A model generated the notes under the pieces. That model was not told where the DNA came from. It searched no databases and worked only from the letters and a program-made list of their open reading frames with translations. A stretch of 64,000 bases of DNA from a virus (lineage: Duplodnaviria; Heunggongvirae; Uroviricota; Caudoviricetes; Demerecviridae), in IMG/VR virus record IMGVR_UViG_2974599810_000001, positions 7,425 through 71,424 of that record; one strand, 5' to 3'. The translations under genes and the position numbers were made by a program. The first letter of the stretch is position 1. Each line of letters begins with the position of its first letter. Positions 9,313 to 19,020 of this stretch are shown piece after piece.

Positions 9313-9341
9313 ATTATACAGAAACTTAAGCATTTTAGCAA
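9313..9341 (-). promoter_or_regulatory. conserved early promoter (TTGCTA-17-TATAAT)
   Basis: Hexamers seen on minus strand. Confidence 0.65.
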
Positions 9342-9449
9342 ATAAAACTTTTAATTAAAATGCCTAATCCTGTACCAATAGCAATACAAATGATTATAAG
9401 TATTGCTATCGCTTGTACGATTCGTTTAATAATAGCCTCAGCTATATAC

Positions 9450-9971
9450 TTAGACATCTAACATCCAACTAGTTTTATCATGAGAGGTGTACTTACCACT
9501 CATGATGTCTTCCAGACGTACTGGTGATTTTGCATACTCGACACAAACGTTAATATAACGAGGATCCCCCATTAGCTCAAAGTGAGTATGCCCATGTAAG
9601 TTCTTCTTACCTCTCAGCTCCCCATGGTGTATTGGGGCATGGGAAAGCCAGAAGTTTTTATACTTAACTAGTGATTGTACGTTATCTACAATCCCTATTA
9701 AGTCTTTGAAAGATAATCCTTCTCGTTCTAAGTCGTGGTTTCCCAAAACTAACGTAGTTCTAACATTGCCAAAGAGTTTTTCGAACTTCTCCAAACCATT
9801 TCTAGATACAAATGCGTCTCCTAAAATATAGAATACTGTACGCTTATCTTTCACGGATGTAATAGTATCCATAATAAATTCGTCATGCTCTTCCATAGTA
9901 GAGAAGATTGGTCTGAATTTAGTAATATTTGCATGCCCCAAGTGGAGATCACTCCAAAAGCGAACTTTCAT
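9450..9971 (-). CDS. calcineurin-like metallophosphoesterase
   Basis: Motifs DLHLGH, GDAFVSR, GNHD, GHTH. Confidence 0.7.
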   Translation of the reverse strand: MKVRFWSDLHLGHANITKFRPIFSTMEEHDEFIMDTITSVKDKRTVFYILGDAFVSRNGLEKFEKLFGNVRTTLVLGNHDLEREGLSFKDLIGIVDNVQSLVKYKNFWLSHAPIHHGELRGKKNLHGHTHFELMGDPRYINVCVEYAKSPVRLEDIMSGKYTSHDKTSWMLDV

Positions 9972-10846
9972 TAAAGAATCCTCTGTACACCGCAGCTATC
10001 TTCCCGGAGTGTAGTAAATGTGGTGATTTTGCCGGTTTCATCATTAACTTGCGCAACCGTCAACTGCCCGTTGAAAACACCGCCAGTATCAAGATAAACA
10101 CGGTTTTTATAGAGAAGTGGGTAAGGAACCCCAGTATGTCCGTGAAATACGAAATCTACCCCTTTAACCTCTGGCACTTCTACCATGTATTTTTCTTTAA
10201 ATCCTGCATAACGCTGGAAATACGGGTGTTCCTCACCGTTTTTGGACAAGTAGAAGCCTATTTCTTGGATTACATCTCGATCCCATAAATATGGCTCAAT
10301 ATGGTATCCAGGATGATCATGTGGGTCTTCCTTAGCTGCTTCTACTTGTGCAATAAGATTATCCCATACTGGGGTTTCTACTTCATTACCGCATTCTTTG
10401 TATGTAAAAGGTACACCACCGTGAACAACACCAAATTTCTTACCACGATGTCTAACAGTTAGGAATATTGGCATTTTTTCAGCCATATCTTCGGCAATAT
10501 TTTTAATGGTGTCTGCATCCAGCTCATTCATAGCCCACATACCACCGTTATACATCCAATTAGCCCAATCTCCTACAATCATAAATTGGTCATGATTACC
10601 ACGGACACTGATAAAACGTGGATTATACAAGAATTTGGCTAAAACTTGTAAGTTTTGTGTGCCTCGATCAATTAAGTCACCAACACATACTACACAATCT
10701 TTTTTGCTATTATACCCAGCTAATTTCAACGCATCTTCTAGTAAATCGTTGCATCCATGAATATCACCAACGAAAAACAGGTTGGCGTCATCTGGCACTA
10801 CTAGAGTTTTATGTACATTAAATTCTTTTTTCATAATTATTCCCAA
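9971..10846 (-). CDS. Ser/Thr protein phosphatase (PPP/lambda-PPase-like)
   Basis: GDIHG, GDLIDRG, GNHD signature motifs. Confidence 0.85.
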   Translation of the reverse strand: MGIIMKKEFNVHKTLVVPDDANLFFVGDIHGCNDLLEDALKLAGYNSKKDCVVCVGDLIDRGTQNLQVLAKFLYNPRFISVRGNHDQFMIVGDWANWMYNGGMWAMNELDADTIKNIAEDMAEKMPIFLTVRHRGKKFGVVHGGVPFTYKECGNEVETPVWDNLIAQVEAAKEDPHDHPGYHIEPYLWDRDVIQEIGFYLSKNGEEHPYFQRYAGFKEKYMVEVPEVKGVDFVFHGHTGVPYPLLYKNRVYLDTGGVFNGQLTVAQVNDETGKITTFTTLREDSCGVQRIL

Positions 10847-11082
10847 ATAACAGTTAAAATAGTTGTGCCATAATCATTAGATAGTTGGAGAGTATAACCT
10901 TCTTTATATAGAGCTTTTATAGCTTCATAACTAATTTCATCACGATTAAACTGTACAAAAGAACCCCCAATCTCCACAGAAGAAACTATTCTCTTTTTAA
11001 CGTATTTATATGGTTTCTTTCTACTCTTAAGGAGTGTAGCTCTATTTATCCTGGCTAAACGTTTTGCTTGTTCCGCTAACAT
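10837..11082 (-). CDS. hypothetical protein (81 aa)
   Basis: ORF. Confidence 0.45.
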   Translation of the reverse strand: MLAEQAKRLARINRATLLKSRKKPYKYVKKRIVSSVEIGGSFVQFNRDEISYEAIKALYKEGYTLQLSNDYGTTILTVIWE

Positions 11083-11086
11083 TTAA

Positions 11087-11464
11087 TTATCTCCAGTGGT
11101 TAGTATGCTTTTCAGCTTCCTCATCGTTAGGCTCAAAGACAACATGGCAGTCAACTGCTTCCCAAAAAGCCTCACGGATTAAAGAGTTTTTAACTGAAAT
11201 GTCCAATTCTCCCCACTCTTCTAAAGTCTCTAGGTCTGTATCAACTTCGGTATCACAGCCAACCAACCCCAAAGAAACAACAATAGTAACGCGATCTTCA
11301 CGTTGTTCGGGATAAACATCAGCATATTCCCAAGCAGCTTCTTCAACATAATATTGTTGTTCCTTTTCTGGCAGTGACTTATACTTTTCTTCTGTAATAC
11401 CCATCTCAACGGCGCGAGTACCACAAACTACATTGTTATTAATAATTAGATATGCATAGTTCAT
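11087..11464 (-). CDS. acidic hypothetical protein (about 125 aa; start at MNYAYL with RBS AGGAA)
   Basis: Internal Met with RBS; the listed start overlaps the promoter leader. Confidence 0.5.
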   Translation of the reverse strand: MNYAYLIINNNVVCGTRAVEMGITEEKYKSLPEKEQQYYVEEAAWEYADVYPEQREDRVTIVVSLGLVGCDTEVDTDLETLEEWGELDISVKNSLIREAFWEAVDCHVVFEPNDEEAEKHTNHWR

Positions 11465-11575
11465 CGTAATATTCCTGTTTCTTGAAGGGCAAAGAAAGCC
11501 ATTAATATGACTAAAATCCATACAAAGATATGTGACATAATCATATTAATGTCTCTCTCATCAATTTATATAAGT

Positions 11576-11604
11576 ATTATACCAAAATTTTTAGCAAAAA
11601 GCAA
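11576..11604 (-). promoter_or_regulatory. conserved early promoter (TTGCTT-17-TATAAT)
   Basis: Hexamers seen. Confidence 0.65.
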
Positions 11605-11611
11605 GTAAAAT

Positions 11612-11640
11612 AAAAGCCTGATCAGCTAAGATCAGGCTTT
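11612..11640 (-). terminator. rho-independent terminator (AGCCTGATC..GATCAGGCT, T-run on minus)
   Basis: Hairpin plus TTTATTTT downstream of 11646..11936. Confidence 0.55.
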
Positions 11641-11645
11641 GTTTA

Positions 11646-11936
11646 TTAGTCCTCTGGATTATCATCCAGGAAATTTTTAATAGCTTCGTGCATAGTTTCT
11701 TTACGAAGCTGACGTCCAATCAGAATATGATTAGCTTCTACTCGACCATTAGGTAAGCGATCCGCCAGAACCACTACAGGAACTTGGCGCACTCCAAATT
11801 TCTGCATTAATTCTGTATTATCAGTCTCTTTATGGATTTCCAAATTATAATCACTGACTACTTTATCAAATACTGGCTCAAACATTTTGCAAGGATTGCA
11901 AGTGGAACCTTTCAATAGATATACTAATTTACTCAT
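11646..11936 (-). CDS. thioredoxin/glutaredoxin-like protein (CNPC active site)
   Basis: CxxC motif in N-terminal region, typical size (96 aa). Confidence 0.55.
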   Translation of the reverse strand: MSKLVYLLKGSTCNPCKMFEPVFDKVVSDYNLEIHKETDNTELMQKFGVRQVPVVVLADRLPNGRVEANHILIGRQLRKETMHEAIKNFLDDNPED

Positions 11937-12360
11937 AGTTATTAATGGCCTCTAAGAAGTTTCTCATAGTTTTTACGGTTGCGGTGCTCAGATCAAGATT
12001 TACACCCAAACACTCGGTTAATGCTTCCTGATAAGGAGCTTTTAATCTGCCTTCTGGGACTTCTACCTTTTTATACTCTTTATTTTTGACCTTTTTAATC
12101 ATAGTCTCTAGTACAAGAAGCGGTAATTTAGCACCTTCAATATCAGTACCCAAAAGTTCAGTTAAAATTTTATTAAGATCAAGACGAGTTAACTTTTTGC
12201 CCTTAGACATAGATGCACCTACCTTTGTATCAATAGATTTTTCCGCTTTCTTTTCGAGCTTTTTGTACTCAGGAGAGTCATGATCACGGAGTGCAATGTT
12301 TAGCTCGTAATGTGGTATACGAAAATGTTCCGCCATTTGAGTATAGAAACGATCAGACAT
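11929..12360 (-). CDS. hypothetical protein (143 aa)
   Basis: ORF downstream of the promoter at 12394. Confidence 0.5.
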   Translation of the reverse strand: MSDRFYTQMAEHFRIPHYELNIALRDHDSPEYKKLEKKAEKSIDTKVGASMSKGKKLTRLDLNKILTELLGTDIEGAKLPLLVLETMIKKVKNKEYKKVEVPEGRLKAPYQEALTECLGVNLDLSTATVKTMRNFLEAINNYE

Positions 12361-12393
12361 AATATATACCTCTCTTAACTAATTTATGTATAT

Positions 12394-12422
12394 ATTATAT
12401 AATAACTAGGGCTAAAAGTCAA
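12394..12422 (-). promoter_or_regulatory. early promoter (TTGACT-17-TATAAT)
   Basis: Hexamers seen. Confidence 0.6.
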
Positions 12423-12435
12423 CTACTTTTTTATC

Positions 12436-12852
12436 TTAATCTACTACATGTATAAATCTTTTCCTAACTAGATACATAGTTATTGGGTAAATTGAGTACA
12501 TAAGTATCGGGGAGAAAAGGGTGAAATACGCTGTAACTCCCCCAGCTAACATCAAAGGTATTAATGCTAGAGTAAGGGCCATAAGAATCATGCCGAATGA
12601 AACAGCCAAAGCTATGGATATAGGATTCTCTAGTTCCATCCATAACCAACAATATTTCGTATCTCTATGGCAATTGCATTTACAAACGCCGAATGAACCC
12701 ATAATTATATACTCTAGTCCGTGAATAACCTTTATTAATAAGCTATTTCGGGTAGTTAATGCAATGATAGTAAAGACTATCATTAAAACGAATACTACTA
12801 GACTTATCTTCCAGATACCTAGCAGCATCATAGTGAATAGTTCTGCAAACAT
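12436..12852 (-). CDS. polytopic membrane protein (138 aa)
   Basis: Multiple hydrophobic helices. Confidence 0.5.
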   Translation of the reverse strand: MFAELFTMMLLGIWKISLVVFVLMIVFTIIALTTRNSLLIKVIHGLEYIIMGSFGVCKCNCHRDTKYCWLWMELENPISIALAVSFGMILMALTLALIPLMLAGGVTAYFTLFSPILMYSIYPITMYLVRKRFIHVVD

Positions 12853-12929
12853 GGCTTTCTCCTATCTTCAAAAATTATTAAAGCCCCCTTTGCCTAAAAA
12901 GGCGGGAATATTCCCGCCTCAGTTATTAA

Positions 12930-13343
12930 TTAAACTAGTTCGACATGACCGCCATCATAGGTACCACGTTTTATTTCATCGTGATAATCTCCCGAAGCAT
13001 TCCAATCAGCACCAAAGCGAAGTTTAATGCCTAGTTCTTTACCCGCTTGTTCAAAAGCCTTTTTAACTGCCCAAAATGCTTCTAAATCATTCCAATCAAT
13101 TTTGCCATTAATGTATGGAGCAAAATCAAGGGCATCCCCAGTAATATGCTTGCTTTTACTAGGATCTTTTAAAAATGAAGTACCATTAGCAATATTCTGG
13201 GCACTTTGTGCTACTGTACGAATACCCTGTACGATCGTGAAATCATATGGAGATAATTCTAAAGCTCTACGAGCTACTTTTTGTAGCTCTGGCTTAACGG
13301 TAGCTAATTGTTTTTCGCTATTTTTACCAAATTTAAAACTCAT
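12930..13343 (-). CDS. lys: endolysin, zinc L-alanyl-D-glutamate peptidase (peptidase M15 family)
   Basis: HITGDALDFAP and DGGHVEL metal-ligand motifs; 137 aa matches the reported size of the T5 endolysin. Confidence 0.8.
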   Translation of the reverse strand: MSFKFGKNSEKQLATVKPELQKVARRALELSPYDFTIVQGIRTVAQSAQNIANGTSFLKDPSKSKHITGDALDFAPYINGKIDWNDLEAFWAVKKAFEQAGKELGIKLRFGADWNASGDYHDEIKRGTYDGGHVELV

Positions 13344-13996
13344 ATTGATCTACCTAAAGATCTCTGTTGTGGGGAACAGAGCTTTGTTAAATACTCGTTA
13401 AATTTCTCAGAATCGGCTGCATCTACAGGATTATCTTTCCAAGCAATACCAATATATCCAGCATAGATATTGTTTAGATTGAAATACGGACAAGTGTATA
13501 TGTAATTAAAAGTAACGTTCTTAAACGCAGGTATATTTAACCCCATGTATTTATTTACTTTTACACTTAAATCCGATGCGTAGTTGAAGCCGTCTAAGTG
13601 ACGTCTATATAGCTCAGACGTTTTATTTACCGCTTTATCAGCCAAGTCAGCCCTATCTAATTGCGCATTGCTTTCCCATGCAATAATGTTAGAATAATCA
13701 TTAACGGCATCGGGTTTATACTTGACGACAAAAACAGCATCCGCACCCGTTTGGGAGAAAAGCACCATGCTCTTTTCTCTAGCTACGTTAGGAAAATTAC
13801 TTATCCTTTGAGTTTGAACATCCTGTAGAACCGCAGACGTGGAGAAAGTCTTTAAGAAAGACATCACCTCGCTAGTATTACTAACAAATAAGAAAATAAT
13901 GACAGCAACTAAGATAGTTAGCAGACGTTTAAGAAGCGACGCTGGATCTTTCGCTTCTTGGAGCAGTACCGTTAATAATTGTAAGAACTTTTCCAA
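13340..13996 (-). CDS. putative holin (218 aa, N-terminal TM)
   Basis: Immediately upstream of and overlapping the endolysin; TM LLTILVAVIIFLFV. Confidence 0.5.
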   Translation of the reverse strand: MEKFLQLLTVLLQEAKDPASLLKRLLTILVAVIIFLFVSNTSEVMSFLKTFSTSAVLQDVQTQRISNFPNVAREKSMVLFSQTGADAVFVVKYKPDAVNDYSNIIAWESNAQLDRADLADKAVNKTSELYRRHLDGFNYASDLSVKVNKYMGLNIPAFKNVTFNYIYTCPYFNLNNIYAGYIGIAWKDNPVDAADSEKFNEYLTKLCSPQQRSLGRSI

Positions 13997-14112
13997 TTGT
14001 AACCTCCTCTAACCAGTACCATTATACTAATTTTGGAGGAAAATTACAATGTGTTTTTAAAGATCACTTCTGGAGCATAAAATTTTGTCGTTGTCAAGAA
14101 GAATTTTAGATA

Positions 14113-14140
14113 AAAGAAAAGCCAGGGTCGTTAAACCCTG
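14113..14140 (-). terminator. rho-independent terminator (AGCCAGGG..CCCTGGCT)
   Basis: Hairpin plus T-run on minus strand. Confidence 0.55.
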
Positions 14141-14152
14141 GCTTAAAACTAC

Positions 14153-14752
14153 TTACTCTTCGTTGTGCTCCTCGAATTGAGGTAATTGGGCTTTATTATA
14201 TTGCTCAGATCGATATTTTGCCAGGATTTCAATACGCTTATGGATTTCTTTGCTATCTAGATAGATATTTTTGTTGTCTTTTACCATCTCGTCGATTTCA
14301 TCTATTGAGAAGAATGGATAGTAGACATCTAGCATCATATCTTCTACAAACTTGTTGTAGGATTCATAGGCTTTCTTGATTTCTTGACCTTTCTCACAGA
14401 ACCCGCCAGAGAACGTGTGTCCCATTAGCGTAGCATGTGGATGTACTACCCATCCATGACAGGATAGGAAAATTGTGCAGTAAGCAGAAGCACTAGGACC
14501 AATCAGGTGTCCTATAACTGTTCCACGGCAATTAGCAATTAAGTTAGATAACTGTGCAGCAGTATCAACATAACCACCCGGGCCATTAATCATCAGATTA
14601 ATTTCGTCGTCCTCATTTGCCTGCATAAGTACCATTGATAAATCACGGTATTCATCAGGCGGACCTAATTCTTCATCAAAGAAAAAGGTATACTCGTTAG
14701 ATTGGCGAATGGAGTGAAACAGGTTAGTCTTTTCTTCTTTTTTATTAGTCAT
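14153..14752 (-). CDS. ClpP-like serine protease
   Basis: MINGPGGYVD (ClpP INSPGG-like), GPSASAY Ser and HPHATLMGH His motifs. Confidence 0.6.
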   Translation of the reverse strand: MTNKKEEKTNLFHSIRQSNEYTFFFDEELGPPDEYRDLSMVLMQANEDDEINLMINGPGGYVDTAAQLSNLIANCRGTVIGHLIGPSASAYCTIFLSCHGWVVHPHATLMGHTFSGGFCEKGQEIKKAYESYNKFVEDMMLDVYYPFFSIDEIDEMVKDNKNIYLDSKEIHKRIEILAKYRSEQYNKAQLPQFEEHNEE

Positions 14753-14764
14753 AGCGATCCTTGA

Positions 14765-15517
14765 TTATCCAACTAGTGGTTCTAGCTCTAAGTCACAGAA
14801 GTTATAAACTTCTAGTTTAAGGTTATTGATACCATCGAATTTATTAACTAATTCATGAGTAATATATTTTGCAGGAATACCACTTTCAGATGGATGATCT
14901 GATTTAATAGTGAACTTCTGCTCAGCGGGTACTACATTTACTATCAAAGAATCCATATCTAAATGGTTTGTTTCTCTGAGTAACTCTCCTTCATTGGGGA
15001 ATCTAACATCTGTTATTACGGCGACATCTGGGTCGTCTTTAGCGATGGATTGCTCCAGAATTATGAGCCAAATGCGTTCATGCACCAGCTGCCTTCCTAG
15101 CTCTGTCCCTACGAGCTGTAACATTTTTCTCGGAGAAATAAATAAACTATAAAGTCCGTCTTCTTTATTCTCTGAGATAAGTTGTTGAGGATTAAGATAT
15201 TTTTCCTCAAAAATAGGCCAAACGTACGAGAAGTCTTCAAACTTATCGATACCGTACTTAAACCACACATCCCTGGCTCGCTCCAATTGAGATTGTGTGA
15301 CCGTAAACCATTGGTCAATCTCTTTTCCTCTGCGCTCTCCTAGAAACTCTGGAGTTACACCGAGGATTACGGATGCAAGTTCATAAACGGGCTTAGCAAA
15401 ACTGTAACGACGGGGTAAACACGTTGGATACGTGTCATTACACCAATCGATAATTAATTTTGCAACGGTATCTTTTCCCGAACCAGCTTCACCATGTAAA
15501 CCGACTAATACTGACAT
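14765..15517 (-). CDS. deoxynucleoside monophosphate kinase-like P-loop kinase
   Basis: Walker A GEAGSGKDT at N-terminus; 250 aa as in T5-like dNMP kinases (from memory). Confidence 0.6.
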   Translation of the reverse strand: MSVLVGLHGEAGSGKDTVAKLIIDWCNDTYPTCLPRRYSFAKPVYELASVILGVTPEFLGERRGKEIDQWFTVTQSQLERARDVWFKYGIDKFEDFSYVWPIFEEKYLNPQQLISENKEDGLYSLFISPRKMLQLVGTELGRQLVHERIWLIILEQSIAKDDPDVAVITDVRFPNEGELLRETNHLDMDSLIVNVVPAEQKFTIKSDHPSESGIPAKYITHELVNKFDGINNLKLEVYNFCDLELEPLVG

Positions 15518-15870
15518 TAATCTTTCCTATTTGTAATGGGTGGATAGTAAACTAAGCAACGTTTTTCTTGTAAATCTTGACGATAGAAGCAGACCATACC
15601 AGTCAGTCGTGAAATGTAAGAGTAAACTGCTTCCTCACATTTTGCTTTTGCATTCCAATCTTTGTATGGTATAACAACTACTACGCCGTCTTCTCCATTT
15701 GTAGCTAATTTCTTTTCAAACCTAAAATTAAAGCTACAAGGTTGAAGTCCTTTAGGCCAGTCTACATGAGCTTGCTTTAACTCATGAGATGGCTCTGGTT
15801 TTATTTCTTCTGCACAGCCTGTGATTGTGATTGTGGCTGCGAGCAGTACTCCAAGTTTCCAGTTAAACAT
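15517..15870 (-). CDS. lipoprotein (LxxC lipobox; o-spanin candidate)
   Basis: Signal plus ITITGC lipobox; 5' end overlapped by the upstream coiled-coil gene. Confidence 0.45.
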   Translation of the reverse strand: MFNWKLGVLLAATITITGCAEEIKPEPSHELKQAHVDWPKGLQPCSFNFRFEKKLATNGEDGVVVVIPYKDWNAKAKCEEAVYSYISRLTGMVCFYRQDLQEKRCLVYYPPITNRKD

Positions 15871-16244
15871 GCTAATCTTTCCTCGAACTCTTTATTCTGC
15901 TTTTTAGCAATTAATGTTACCAATCCAGGCTTTGCAGCGATAACATCTTGACGACTAAGAGCTTTATCTAGCTGCTTAATCTTTTTGTCTAGATCTGCTT
16001 GCGAAATATTATTCATTGTGAAATACTGGTTCATTCGAGTCTCCCGAAGTTCGCTCTCAGCTTTCACCTTATTAAGGGAAGTTTCTAGAGAAGAGATCTT
16101 TTTAGCAGCTACTGCAAGATCTCCCGCTAAAGTCTCCACTTTATCTACTAAGTGATAAGCACCGAACCCGATGCCTATCGCTAGACCTGCTCCCAGGATA
16201 TACATCTTGTTATTCCAAACTAAGTCTACAAACCATTTCCGCAT
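15801..16244 (-). CDS. N-terminal TM plus periplasmic coiled-coil protein (i-spanin candidate)
   Basis: TM MYILGAGLAIGIGFGAYHLV followed by coiled coil; overlaps the lipoprotein gene as in Rz/Rz1 pairs. Confidence 0.45.
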   Translation of the reverse strand: MRKWFVDLVWNNKMYILGAGLAIGIGFGAYHLVDKVETLAGDLAVAAKKISSLETSLNKVKAESELRETRMNQYFTMNNISQADLDKKIKQLDKALSRQDVIAAKPGLVTLIAKKQNKEFEERLACLTGNLEYCSQPQSQSQAVQKK

Positions 16245-16741
16245 TAGCCTGTACTCGCAAACTCACCATGGAGTTCTTTGAGTTTGGTATCCCGCCATTT
16301 TATAGCCTCTTCCAAACTCTTAAGTGTTTTCGAAACTTGCTTACCATGTTTGGTAATTCTTACTTGGTAAGTCCCATTTGTTTTTCTATGGATATTTTTA
16401 ACGCCTAAATGGTTATCACTTCTTACTTTTTGGTTACAAGCATTATCAGATCTTGTAGCAGGTCTTAGATTCTCAAATCTATCATTAGTTGAGTCTTTGT
16501 CCTTGTGATCAACTATTTCAGGCCATTCTCCAGTATGCCATGCATAGATTAATCTATGTGCCCCTATAGCTATGGAACCATTATATAGTTCAACTACTCT
16601 ATGCCCTGTACTTTGTCTAGATCCTGCTACTGTTCCGGCGAATATCTTATTAAAATGTTCGTCCCCTTCCCTGGGTTTCCAGATAAGATTACCATCTTCT
16701 TGGTAATCGAACATTCTTCTTAGCTCTTCCTTACTGATCAT
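16244..16741 (-). CDS. HNH homing endonuclease with AP2 domain
   Basis: HRLIYAW..VDHKDKDSTNDRFENLR plus C-terminal AP2-like segment. Confidence 0.75.
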   Translation of the reverse strand: MISKEELRRMFDYQEDGNLIWKPREGDEHFNKIFAGTVAGSRQSTGHRVVELYNGSIAIGAHRLIYAWHTGEWPEIVDHKDKDSTNDRFENLRPATRSDNACNQKVRSDNHLGVKNIHRKTNGTYQVRITKHGKQVSKTLKSLEEAIKWRDTKLKELHGEFASTG

Positions 16742-17436
16742 CTTTTCATATTCCTAAAAGAAGTAACAGTATCAAATCCATGTGCAGCTAAGCGATCCTT
16801 ATCGGAAATCGTAATAGTATTTGGTTCACCGGTTCCTAACACGCCCCAGATATATTGCTCGATCATCTGGTGTAAACGGTATAAGTTACTTTCAATTTCC
16901 TGCCACGGAATACCGGACTGATGGAAACGAATGTTAGTCTGAATTACGAAGTTACGAACATCATCATTATCGTTCTTTTTAATACCTTTCACATATGCAA
17001 TCGGTACACGCAGTTCGGATAAGATACGTTCTGCTTTAGGTTTTGCTTCAGCGAGCAAATCACGCATTGTTTCACGAACATCTCCGCGATTCTTATCCAT
17101 TAAATAAGAGCGGGCATGCAATCCCATCTCTTCCATTTTATCGAACATAGTGTCGAGGTTGAACGTTTTGAAGCTAAATGCCGGATGCCAGCAGTACAGC
17201 TCGTGTAACCAGTAAACTTCACCTGCAACAAATAGTGGGTTTACAAAATATTCGAAATCACCACGAAAAGATAGCGAGCCATCACGAAATACCTGGCGAG
17301 TATGCACAATGTTCTTTTCTGCATCATCGGTTACTTTAACCAGCAACTCTTCAGTTTTACGCTCCCAAACACGATCTGGGTCGAACAAACTGTTCTGCAA
17401 ATCATACACATCGGCGAACTTAGAAATAATCCTCAT
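16738..17436 (-). CDS. hypothetical protein (232 aa)
   Basis: ORF downstream of the promoter at 17468. Confidence 0.55.
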   Translation of the reverse strand: MRIISKFADVYDLQNSLFDPDRVWERKTEELLVKVTDDAEKNIVHTRQVFRDGSLSFRGDFEYFVNPLFVAGEVYWLHELYCWHPAFSFKTFNLDTMFDKMEEMGLHARSYLMDKNRGDVRETMRDLLAEAKPKAERILSELRVPIAYVKGIKKNDNDDVRNFVIQTNIRFHQSGIPWQEIESNLYRLHQMIEQYIWGVLGTGEPNTITISDKDRLAAHGFDTVTSFRNMKR

Positions 17437-17467
17437 ATTTAATCCTCTTGCCTCAATCTATAAACAT

Positions 17468-17496
17468 ATTATACAAAAGTTTGGGCATCTAAGCAA
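17468..17496 (-). promoter_or_regulatory. conserved early promoter (TTGCTT-17-TATAAT)
   Basis: Hexamers seen. Confidence 0.65.
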
Positions 17497-17520
17497 CTAA
17501 AATTTTATTATAAAAATAGC

Positions 17521-17549
17521 CCAGTCGCAAAAGTGCAGGCTGGGCTTTG
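17521..17549. terminator. bidirectional-looking terminator hairpin AGCCCAG..CTGGGCT
   Basis: GC stem with T-rich flanks on both strands. Confidence 0.5.
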
Positions 17550-17590
17550 TCATTATTTGCTTTTGCTAGTAAGTTGACTTAGTGTCAATC

Positions 17591-17971
17591 TTATGTAATA
17601 TTAGTTTTTCTAGCTTTGTGCAGTACCCCTGCATTTCTCCACAATTTGATGTCAGCAACTGTTTCCTTATATGGAGCAATGGTGGAACCAATTGGGCCAG
17701 CAACTAATAGTCCAAAGAACCCTACAATACGCATATAGAACAAACATTCTTTGGCTGTCATATTATTTACTGCTTTTTTCTGTCTTTCATCTTTAAACTC
17801 ATGTTCTTGATCATCAATACGCAGATACTTAACAAACCATTCAGCAGAATATTCATCCAAATGTCTAATAATAGCTATTGCATATCCAGCACCGATTAAA
17901 AACCAGGTTGTAACAAGAATTAGTAATATAGTCATATTATCTCCAGTTAGGGCTAGCAGCCACCTCACCAC
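17591..17971 (-). CDS. membrane protein (126 aa)
   Basis: Hydrophobic helices. Confidence 0.5.
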   Translation of the reverse strand: MVRWLLALTGDNMTILLILVTTWFLIGAGYAIAIIRHLDEYSAEWFVKYLRIDDQEHEFKDERQKKAVNNMTAKECLFYMRIVGFFGLLVAGPIGSTIAPYKETVADIKLWRNAGVLHKARKTNIT

Positions 17972-18045
17972 TTACCGCACTAAGGGGCACGACTCCCTTA
18001 TCCGTAACAGTTGCAGGTGACGCAACTCGGTCCTACGCGAGTTCT

Positions 18046-18330
18046 TTAGGTATTCTGCATTTCAGCTTTAAATTTTTTCATATTACGAGTTTTTCTATAA
18101 AAGAAAAACACAGATGTTGGGCCTAGAAGAATATCCACAATAAATATCATAGATCTAGCACATCTGAGTAATGTTTTATCATCAAGAGGAGGCAGATCTA
18201 ACGGTCGAGTTTTATGTATAACGTATAATATTACATCTTTATTCTTAGAAATATACAGATCATCAACCAAGCTGTAAATAGCTACTATAGATCCAATGAC
18301 GAACCAAAGAGCAAATGGAGAGATAATCAT
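18046..18330 (-). CDS. membrane protein (94 aa)
   Basis: Hydrophobic. Confidence 0.4.
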   Translation of the reverse strand: MIISPFALWFVIGSIVAIYSLVDDLYISKNKDVILYVIHKTRPLDLPPLDDKTLLRCARSMIFIVDILLGPTSVFFFYRKTRNMKKFKAEMQNT

Positions 18331-18623
18331 TTCAGATCCTTTTCATTAATTAGAATATTAGTAAACAGTGGAGTAACTCCTAGACTCATAGTGGGTCCAA
18401 ACGTATTCAGGGCTACCCACAATTGCATAGTAATCATCCCATCTTTAATCTCTGGATCTTTATATTCTTCGATACGTTTTTTGGCAAAGGCAACTACATC
18501 TGGATTATTTTTATTTTCCTGAATATAGTCATGCCAAAACTGGGTATTCTCACTACGTAGGAATGTTAAAACATCCTTAGTTGCTGGAATCTGCACCGTG
18601 CTATTGATGTTTAGTCTTTTCAC
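18327..18623 (-). CDS. hypothetical protein (98 aa)
   Basis: ORF, ATGA coupling. Confidence 0.45.
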   Translation of the reverse strand: MKRLNINSTVQIPATKDVLTFLRSENTQFWHDYIQENKNNPDVVAFAKKRIEEYKDPEIKDGMITMQLWVALNTFGPTMSLGVTPLFTNILINEKDLK

Positions 18624-19020
18624 GTTCTTCTCTCCTACGTTTACTTTCTTTCATCATATGAGCTGCTACAACTTCATGGTAGTAGTCATTAATGTTACCT
18701 TCTGGTAAGAAATGCTTAATAGTCTCTAGCTGACAAATAACTCGATGAAGATGGTTATTTGGTAGACACAATTTTATACCTGCAACAAATCCAGAGAAGC
18801 CTGGAACACTGAACATGGGTTGGGCTTCTACTCTACCTTCAGAGTTGATATTAAGCTCAATTGAGATACCCATTTTCATACTATAAAGCTGGCAATATTC
18901 TCCATTACCAGACCTTGACCAAACAGTGAAATCCTCATCAATTTGATCTTGGATTTCTGTAATTGCAAATTTAATTCTAGGGTCTAAATTATTCATCTTC
19001 ACCTTCAAAGTCGCAATCAT
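18601..19020 (-). CDS. hypothetical protein (139 aa)
   Basis: ORF. Confidence 0.5.
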   Translation of the reverse strand: MIATLKVKMNNLDPRIKFAITEIQDQIDEDFTVWSRSGNGEYCQLYSMKMGISIELNINSEGRVEAQPMFSVPGFSGFVAGIKLCLPNNHLHRVICQLETIKHFLPEGNINDYYHEVVAAHMMKESKRRREEREKTKHQ

